From an uncultured Nitrospina sp. (GTDB lineage: Bacteria > Nitrospinota > Nitrospinia > Nitrospinales > VA-1), in assembly GCA_964570185.1 (NCBI GenBank), contig CAZMXD010000001.1:1-42080 (forward strand): DNA of 42,080 nucleotides, given 5' to 3'. The notes beneath the pieces were generated by a model that saw only the letters and a program-made list of their open reading frames with translations, did no database searches and was not told where the DNA came from. Numbering within the stretch: position 1 is the stretch's first letter; each line of letters begins with the position of its first letter. This document shows positions 35,837 to 42,080 of this stretch, one piece after another. The position numbers were made by a program, and so were the translations under genes.

Positions 35837-36862
35837 TTATAAGAAAATTTCTATTTTGGCATTTTTCTCGAGTTTGATCAGATATTTTTTAAACATCTTT
35901 TGTGACTCTCTTTTCATCAAGGTATTTAAAATATCACTCTCTGCTTTTTCGAAAGGAATGAGCGTGCTTGGAATGATCTCATCCAACTTTATGATGTGAT
36001 AACCGAATGAGCTTTGAATGATATTGCTAGTTGCCCCCTCGTCTAATTTTACCATTTCAGAGGCAATTTCCGGGATCGTACTTTTTGGATGCAGGTGCCC
36101 CAGCATACCACCATCCTTATAAGAAGCCTTATCCTCCGAATACTCTTTGGCGAGTTCAATAAAATCCTTCCCGGCTTTAATTTTCAACAAAACTTCTTCA
36201 GCCTTTAATTTAGCTTCTTCATTAATCATTTTCGCCATCTGCAAGGCCTTTTTCTGATCAGCCTTGTTTTCTAAATTCCCCGGCGATGGGATAGTACCAA
36301 TTAGAATATGCCTTACTTGATACAAGACAGGTTTAGAGAATTTTTCCTTATTTAATTCGTAAAAGTTTTTTGTATCTTCATCTTTTATTTTAACGTGAGG
36401 CGCGATTTCTAGGCGAATCAACTCGTCTTCCAGGAGCGTCCGTTTGATTTTTTCTTTAAGAGTTTCCATGTTCATACGCTGAAAGGCGAGGGCTTTGATG
36501 AATGCCGCATGACTGGGAAACTTGTCTTGGATGTTTTGTATTTCCAAATCTATTTTTGCAGAAGAAACTTTAAGCTTAAGTGAGAGGGCTTTTTGAGTAA
36601 TCAACTCCTTCATGATTATAGCCTTTAGCATCTCTCGGGCGATTAAAGTTTCTTCCGGGGGCGAAATTTTCTTGCCCTGAACTCGGGCACGCAACCGAAA
36701 AGTGACGAACTCGCTTTCCAATTGATAAGAGCTTAATGAGTTTCCGTTGACCTTTGCTACGACGGCCGGGACGGGTTTGCCGTTTAGCTCAAACACATCA
36801 GATTTTGCTCCGACAAGGCTTGGAATAAATAACAAAATTAAGAGCGGTAATTTAAACTTCAT
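35837..36862 (-). CDS. periplasmic peptidyl-prolyl cis-trans isomerase (parvulin domain, SurA/PrsA-like)
   Basis: 341-aa ORF. Signal peptide MKFKLPLLILLFIPSLVGA, a helical chaperone-like N-domain, and a parvulin core VRHILIG...FGYHIIKL. Confidence 0.85.
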   Translation of the reverse strand: MKFKLPLLILLFIPSLVGAKSDVFELNGKPVPAVVAKVNGNSLSSYQLESEFVTFRLRARVQGKKISPPEETLIAREMLKAIIMKELITQKALSLKLKVSSAKIDLEIQNIQDKFPSHAAFIKALAFQRMNMETLKEKIKRTLLEDELIRLEIAPHVKIKDEDTKNFYELNKEKFSKPVLYQVRHILIGTIPSPGNLENKADQKKALQMAKMINEEAKLKAEEVLLKIKAGKDFIELAKEYSEDKASYKDGGMLGHLHPKSTIPEIASEMVKLDEGATSNIIQSSFGYHIIKLDEIIPSTLIPFEKAESDILNTLMKRESQKMFKKYLIKLEKNAKIEIFL

Positions 36863-36964
36863 AGAGCTTGCTGGATTTTGATTTATGAATACACTAAAGA
36901 CAAACTAGGGAAAGAATATCATAATTTTAATCTGGCTTATACTTTTAGAATAGAGGATAAAAGC

Positions 36965-36997
36965 AAAAAAAAACCCTCCGACCAATTGGCCGGAGGG
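36965..36997 (-). terminator. rho-independent terminator of the outer-membrane barrel gene
   Basis: In the minus-strand sense: CCCTCCGGCCAATTGGTCGGAGGG followed by TTTTTTTTT. The stem is 36974..36980 with 36991..36997 and the T-run corresponds to the plus-strand A9 at 36965..36973. It begins 17 nt after the stop. Confidence 0.8.
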
Positions 36998-37014
36998 TTT
37001 TGGAAGAAACAAAC

Positions 37015-38439
37015 TTAGAACTTTACATCAAACTGAACGTAACCCCAGTTAATGTCATTCGCACCTGTAGCTTTCAAAGCTCTCATCGTTGTCGATGTGG
37101 TGAAATTTGAGTAACCGATCATTATCTTGGTATTAGCGTTCATCTTGGTGACCGCTGTTATATCCAGCTCGTTACCAAGAAAGTTGGTCCAATCATGCCC
37201 AGCTGTTGGCGTTCCTAGTCTAGTACTTCTTGTTGTAGGATTAGCCGAAACAGATTCAGCTGTCCAGAACCAATGGTAGTCAGCTTTTAAAGTCCAACCA
37301 GGCAGAGGCTTGATCTTTCCTCTAAGAGCAAAATCTTGTAAACCCAAACCTGATGTTCCCGCATTTCCACCGAAACCAACACCCAGGAACAGATCGATCA
37401 ATCCATAGTATTTATGACCGGTGTCATACAAGGTATTAAAACTTTTCCAAGTACCGTCTCTACCGTCTGAATCGTCAGTACCAGAAAGATAGTCATACCA
37501 TATGGTTAGACTAGGCTTCATGCTTGTATTTTTTGCCGTTCTACCTACCCGTAGACCAAACATATAAGCATCCATGTCGAAATCGTCAACATCTCTTGCC
37601 GCACCATTAGTGCCACCATTTCCAGTTATCGCACCATTATTAACACCGCCTGCGTTAGCACCGGTCTGGTAATAAAACTCAGCACGGTAATCAAAGCCAG
37701 CCAACTTACCTGCCTGGCGACCACCAAGCGTGTGGAAAGCCCAACGTTGCCCTAAATTACCTTGTTGTTCATCAGAATATACATAGTAACCAGAGAATTG
37801 ACCGCCTAATACGCCTTTGACGTTTACATGCGCCAGCCAAACATCCCAGTCGTCCGCATCATTGGTGTCAACATCTCGTCCGCCTTCTGATCGAAGAATA
37901 TAGCCCAAAGTAAGTGCGATATTGTCATGTTTGTGGTTCAAGCGTACCATATCGTGAGACTGCATACCCGGTGTCCAGATGGTGTTACCGAATAGACGCC
38001 AACCGTCAAGGAGAACTTCCTGTCGGCCGATTTTTGCGTCAAATCCCAAGGGCAGGTTCAGGAAGTTTTTAAACTGCATGTAAGCCTGATGAATACCCAC
38101 ACTACTGTCATTATCGTTTGCTGTTCCTGATGCGTTACCATCACCCGCACCATTACCCCCCGCAGTAGAACCTGTACCCGTTTCACCCCATTGCCGTGTA
38201 CTCTGCATTTGGATGAAAGCGCTCGTCGTTTCGTTTATGTTGGCTTTTGCTGCAAGACGAACGGAACTAAATACTTGGTCATCTGTTTCGTTGGTTCCTA
38301 CGTTAGTAAACTGCTCAGTTGCATCCCAACGAGTTCGAATCTGCCCGCTGAAACTGACGTCGGCTGCTTTAGCAATTTCGGTCGATACGAAAAACGCTAC
38401 GACCATCATTGCGGCTACAGTCAAAAAATTCTTTTTCAT
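37015..38439 (-). CDS. outer-membrane beta-barrel protein (alginate-export/porin-like)
   Basis: The likely start is ATG 38439 (MKKNFLTVAAMMVVAFFVSTEIAKA signal peptide), with GGAGGAG 7 nt upstream. The tracked ORF extends to TTG 38454. Alternating amphipathic strands, a GRQEVLLDGWRLFGNTIW motif reminiscent of the alginate-export family, and a C-terminal ...VQFDVKF. Confidence 0.8.
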   Translation of the reverse strand: MKKNFLTVAAMMVVAFFVSTEIAKAADVSFSGQIRTRWDATEQFTNVGTNETDDQVFSSVRLAAKANINETTSAFIQMQSTRQWGETGTGSTAGGNGAGDGNASGTANDNDSSVGIHQAYMQFKNFLNLPLGFDAKIGRQEVLLDGWRLFGNTIWTPGMQSHDMVRLNHKHDNIALTLGYILRSEGGRDVDTNDADDWDVWLAHVNVKGVLGGQFSGYYVYSDEQQGNLGQRWAFHTLGGRQAGKLAGFDYRAEFYYQTGANAGGVNNGAITGNGGTNGAARDVDDFDMDAYMFGLRVGRTAKNTSMKPSLTIWYDYLSGTDDSDGRDGTWKSFNTLYDTGHKYYGLIDLFLGVGFGGNAGTSGLGLQDFALRGKIKPLPGWTLKADYHWFWTAESVSANPTTRSTRLGTPTAGHDWTNFLGNELDITAVTKMNANTKIMIGYSNFTTSTTMRALKATGANDINWGYVQFDVKF

Positions 38440-38708
38440 GCTTGTCTCCTCCAAGTTTTAATTGGTGACTAACTACTTTAAATAAACCTAATTAATTCTT
38501 TAAAAGATCTTTAAACTTTTAAAAATGAAAAACTTAAGTAAGTTATTGAAATCTTACGTAATTAACGCAGTTATAAAATTTTACTTTAAAATCCTTGGAA
38601 CAATACCACTAAAAAAAAGAAAAATCAAAGATTATTTGATATTTAAACCACTTTTTTCTTTGCCGTAAGGTTGCCCTAATTCAACTGGTCCAAAAAGTCT
38701 GCTGCCTA

Positions 38709-40580
38709 TTATTCGGCTTTCCAGAAGTAGGTCGAAAAAGAGCTGGTACCTTTTGTTAATGAACTTAAAGTGAAGTCTTTATTCGTCCTCAAAATGTGCA
38801 CATCAGCTCCCGTATTATCTTTGCGGGGCAAAACCTTAAAAGCCGTCAGATAACCCTTTTGTTTGCTTGTCTCGAAAAACCTCTCAAATCCCTCTCGGTT
38901 TATGCCCAAAATGGCAATTCCAGAGTTATCGACAAGTACTAGCTGATTGAGTAAGCCCCCTCCCGCCGTATAATTTTTTGGAAGTACCAGAAAACGGCGA
39001 CCGCCATTTTTAACAAGCTGAAGCCTGCCTTTGTAGCGCACCGGCCTGCCTCTGCTATTATTCGTAGTGCCGTCTGTAAGGTTTCCAAATCCTTCATCTA
39101 CGACCCCGACATCGATCAAACGCGGATCATGGCCGTAGTAATCGTCTGATTTTACTATCATTTTGCCGTTGGGAGAATATACTCTCAAGTGGTACTGGTT
39201 GTCAAGAACAACGGTTTCCATGATTTTATTCCCGTTTAAATCGGTCTGTGTCAGCCCGTACAAAATAAAATGAGTTCCATGAATATCTGGAGTATTTAGT
39301 TTGCGTCCCTGGATATAGCGTCTGTTTTTAAATATGACCTTTCTTATCGGGCCCAGAAAAGGGGTTTCAAAACCTGGACTTTGCGACAATAAGGTTGGTT
39401 TTTCTCCAAAGGGACGAATGATACGAAAATAAAGGTTTGCATTCTTCCAGACATGTTTTAAACGCCTTTTTCCTCTAGGTAGTTCGAGTGCGAAAGACTC
39501 CAGTTTGTCATGCTTTTGGTTTGTTATAAAAACTTCATCTCGGCCATTACCGTTGATATCGCCTACATCTACGCCTAAAAAGCGATCAACTCCCCTTTTT
39601 GCCCTTACCTGAGTAATCTTTTGTAATTCACCTTTTTTTTGCTTATAAATCATGACCCGGTAACTGTCTATCAGAACGTACTCGTTGCTGCCGTCCCCGT
39701 TTATGTCTCCAACATCAAAGTCCACCACCTCGTAAGGAAATTGTTCTTTGTTAACAAACTCGAAAAAACTTTTCTTGTTATCAAAACTTGTCTGCATGCC
39801 CTGTCGGCTTACCCTGCTTGCTTTGTCGGTGTTTAAGTCGTCCGAAAGTACCTTTGCCTGTTTTTGCAAGGAACCATCCTTGGCAGAAACCAGCCTGTAG
39901 CTTAAAACCGTGTTTCCTTTAACGGTGCGGACATTGGGAATCAAAATTAGATCGGCATCGACTTTGCGCTTCAATCGGGAAAGATTTTTTGTTTTTAGCG
40001 CGGAAGTTTCGTTGAGTTTTTCGTCCGCCATCCACAAGCCAAAATCAAAGGCAGGGACCTCGAAACGCGGGTGCTTATGCAGTTTTTTTTCTAGATTAAA
40101 GCGCAACCGGTCCGCATCAATTTTTTTTCGTGTTTTAATTTTTGGCGGTGCGACCAAAAAAGTAAGTTTCTGGAAAAGACTTCTCACGCCATCGCCTTCT
40201 TTTGCAAGCATAGTCGGGTTGATGGCCCGGGCGTGCGAGAAATCTTTTCTTACCTCAAGAATTTCAACTTGACCCAGATCAGTTTCCTTTCGCCCGATCA
40301 TCTTCTTGGTGACAGGGTGAAAAAGTTCCCTCCCGTATCGGATGAGTTTCAGACGGTCACCCTTTTTCACTGCCATACCGCGTTTAAGATCCAAGGTGAG
40401 TCCGCTGCCTTCAACGGCAATGACGTAGCCTTCCACCGGAGGATAAAGGGCTTCAATTTGGGAAACAATCCGATCCAGGGTCGCATCGGATTGGGCTTGA
40501 GCAATACGGGGGAGGATGATCGCCGGTAAAAAGCTTATAAATAAAGCCAACTTTAGAATCTTGCTTTTAAATTTGCGCAT
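38709..40580 (-). CDS. secreted FG-GAP/VCBS-repeat protein
   Basis: 623-aa ORF. Signal peptide (LALFISFLPAIILPRIAQA). Repeats FDVGDINGDGSNEYVLID and VDVGDINGNGRDEVFI are calcium-binding FG-GAP type. Confidence 0.8.
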   Translation of the reverse strand: MRKFKSKILKLALFISFLPAIILPRIAQAQSDATLDRIVSQIEALYPPVEGYVIAVEGSGLTLDLKRGMAVKKGDRLKLIRYGRELFHPVTKKMIGRKETDLGQVEILEVRKDFSHARAINPTMLAKEGDGVRSLFQKLTFLVAPPKIKTRKKIDADRLRFNLEKKLHKHPRFEVPAFDFGLWMADEKLNETSALKTKNLSRLKRKVDADLILIPNVRTVKGNTVLSYRLVSAKDGSLQKQAKVLSDDLNTDKASRVSRQGMQTSFDNKKSFFEFVNKEQFPYEVVDFDVGDINGDGSNEYVLIDSYRVMIYKQKKGELQKITQVRAKRGVDRFLGVDVGDINGNGRDEVFITNQKHDKLESFALELPRGKRRLKHVWKNANLYFRIIRPFGEKPTLLSQSPGFETPFLGPIRKVIFKNRRYIQGRKLNTPDIHGTHFILYGLTQTDLNGNKIMETVVLDNQYHLRVYSPNGKMIVKSDDYYGHDPRLIDVGVVDEGFGNLTDGTTNNSRGRPVRYKGRLQLVKNGGRRFLVLPKNYTAGGGLLNQLVLVDNSGIAILGINREGFERFFETSKQKGYLTAFKVLPRKDNTGADVHILRTNKDFTLSSLTKGTSSFSTYFWKAE

Positions 40581-40639
40581 ACGTGTAAATAATTAAAAAT
40601 TAAATTGGTTTTGAAAATTTCCCAACTATCGTGGATCAA

Positions 40640-41854
40640 TTAACTATCCAGCAGTTGAACGGCAACCTGCGCGCCTTCTTTAATCTCCGTGTCTTCGAGT
40701 GGAAAAATCAGCAAGCCATTGGCATTGGCGGCTGATTTTAATATTCCGGATCCCTGTTCTCCCGCTGGGGTAACCGTGTACTCTCCTTGGTTAAAGGATA
40801 CGATTGCGCTTAAAAAATGAAGTCGACCCGGTTTTTTATTGATTGTGCGCGTTAGTTTGGCTTGTACGGTTTGGTGCGTTAAGTCAGAACAACCCATAAC
40901 TTTCTTCAAGGAAGGTCGAACAAACTGCTCAAAAGAGACAAAGGAAGAAACAGGGTTACCGGGGAGTCCAAAAATCGGCGTATCACCTATGCGCCCAAAA
41001 GCGAGAGGTTTCCCGGGTTTCATGGCAACCTTCCAGAAAAGCATTTCCTGTCCCATCTTTTGCAGACTGGTCTTGACAAGGTCATAGTCTCCTACCGACA
41101 CCCCACCGGATGAAACAACGATATCTGCTTGAAGGGCCCATTCAAACTTTTCCATCAAGTCTTTTTCAGTGTCCTTGGCTATACCGAGATAAGTTGGGAT
41201 GCCTCCCGCCGAGCGGATTTGTGCCGCAAGCATATGGCCATTGCTGTTATAAATTTGCGGGCCTTCCGGTTTCTGATCGAGTTCGAGTATCTCATCTCCC
41301 GTGGACAGGATAGAAACTGTTGGTCGTTGGCCTACTGCTACCTGCGAACGGCCCAGTATGGCCATCATACCTATATGCGCGGGGCTGAGAGTGACACCTT
41401 TCTTAATAATTGTCTCGCCCTTTTGCACGTCTTCACCCGCTTTTCGAATGTTTTCTTCCACATCAGCCCGGTCTTTGGCCAGGATGAAATTACCTTCCTT
41501 GTCAGTATCTTCCTGCATTAAAACCGCGTTGGCACCGGTAGGAATCGGCGCGCCTGTCATGATGCGCATGGCCTGACCCGATTTTAAGGTCCCTTTTGCT
41601 GAATAGCCGGCGGCGATTTCTTCCACAACTTCCAACTTGATCGGGTTTTCCGGATTGGCGCTGGCAATATCCGCCGCAATTAAGGCATAGCCGTCCATCG
41701 CCGAGTTGTCGAGAGGGGGATTGTTCAAACCAGCAACGATATCTTCAGCGAGAACCCTTCCAAGGGCTTGATCTAAGGATACTTTTTCAACGCCTTTAAA
41801 ATGGATTTTTTCCAGGATTTTTTGCCTGGCTTCCTGAACTTGAATCATACTCAT
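40640..41854 (-). CDS. moeA: molybdopterin molybdotransferase
   Basis: 404-aa ORF. PLDNSAMDGYA, MRIMTGAPIP, SGGVSVGDYD and GLPGNPVS are MoeA signatures. Confidence 0.92.
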   Translation of the reverse strand: MSMIQVQEARQKILEKIHFKGVEKVSLDQALGRVLAEDIVAGLNNPPLDNSAMDGYALIAADIASANPENPIKLEVVEEIAAGYSAKGTLKSGQAMRIMTGAPIPTGANAVLMQEDTDKEGNFILAKDRADVEENIRKAGEDVQKGETIIKKGVTLSPAHIGMMAILGRSQVAVGQRPTVSILSTGDEILELDQKPEGPQIYNSNGHMLAAQIRSAGGIPTYLGIAKDTEKDLMEKFEWALQADIVVSSGGVSVGDYDLVKTSLQKMGQEMLFWKVAMKPGKPLAFGRIGDTPIFGLPGNPVSSFVSFEQFVRPSLKKVMGCSDLTHQTVQAKLTRTINKKPGRLHFLSAIVSFNQGEYTVTPAGEQGSGILKSAANANGLLIFPLEDTEIKEGAQVAVQLLDS

Positions 41855-42080
41855 AATGTTTCCTTCTTTTGATACACGACTAATCTTAAGTTCCTCTTCT
41901 CGTAATCTTCCGTTGTGTTGATATTCATAAACTTTGAACGGTCCGCTTCGTTGATCTTTAATTTTTTAAATGGGAGCGCCTCAATAGAAGCAGACCCTGC
42001 GATAATTCGAGACAAGGAAAGCTCACGTCTTGACATGGCTTCAAAAAGAGGAACGATGAATTTTGGTTCGTAGATGGCGC
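41851..42080 (-). CDS. mobA: C-terminal part of a probable molybdenum cofactor guanylyltransferase; the gene runs off the right edge
   Basis: The frame is open to the window edge (AIYEPKFIVPLFEAMSRRELSL...FMNINTTEDYEK). The FxNINTxED ending and the ATGA overlap with moeA fit MobA. Only about 75 aa are visible. Confidence 0.55.
   Translation of the reverse strand, partial: AIYEPKFIVPLFEAMSRRELSLSRIIAGSASIEALPFKKLKINEADRSKFMNINTTEDYEKRNLRLVVYQKKETL

Noticed and set aside
1-42080. CRISPR arrays, rRNA/tRNA genes, transposases, integrases and prophage genes
   Set aside because: I found no regularly spaced direct repeats, no rRNA-like or cloverleaf-compatible segments and no recombinase-like ORFs. 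The only repeat found is the 286-bp gene duplication.

Overview
This 42-kb window comes from an AT-rich bacterium that appears to be diderm. Evidence for that: an outer-membrane beta-barrel ending in Phe, a SurA-like PPIase, Arn-type lipid-carrier genes, Shine-Dalgarno usage, and a canonical RF2 +1 frameshift. The lineage cannot be determined from the sequence alone. Housekeeping genes sit at both edges and in the middle: cobA' (truncated)-rsmA-pdxA, pckA, prfB, moeA-mobA' (truncated). They flank a large accessory region devoted to the envelope and glycans. That region holds three GT-C (ArnT/PMT-like) membrane glycosyltransferases, one of them fused to TPR repeats and a GT2 domain. It also holds an Arn-like operon in the order ArnT-like, ArnC-like, ArnD-like, formyltransferase, UDP-GlcNAc 2-epimerase-like, UPF0104-like. 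The rest of the region comprises three further GT2 genes, a frameshifted GT4, a DUF2304-like gene, two SDR genes, four class I methyltransferases and a B12-binding radical SAM enzyme. The features least explained by standard annotation are listed here:
1. A tandem array of four bare cyclic-nucleotide-binding-domain proteins with no output domain. Its first member was created by a 286-bp partial tandem duplication.
2. A divergently transcribed pair of paralogous 65-aa two-TM proteins across a 530-bp AT-rich spacer.
3. A 1163-aa protein with no signal peptide, built as NHL propeller, roughly 580-aa helical region, NHL propeller.
I saw no rRNA, tRNA, CRISPR array, transposase or integrase. All family calls come from motif recognition by eye and from memory, and no searches were run.
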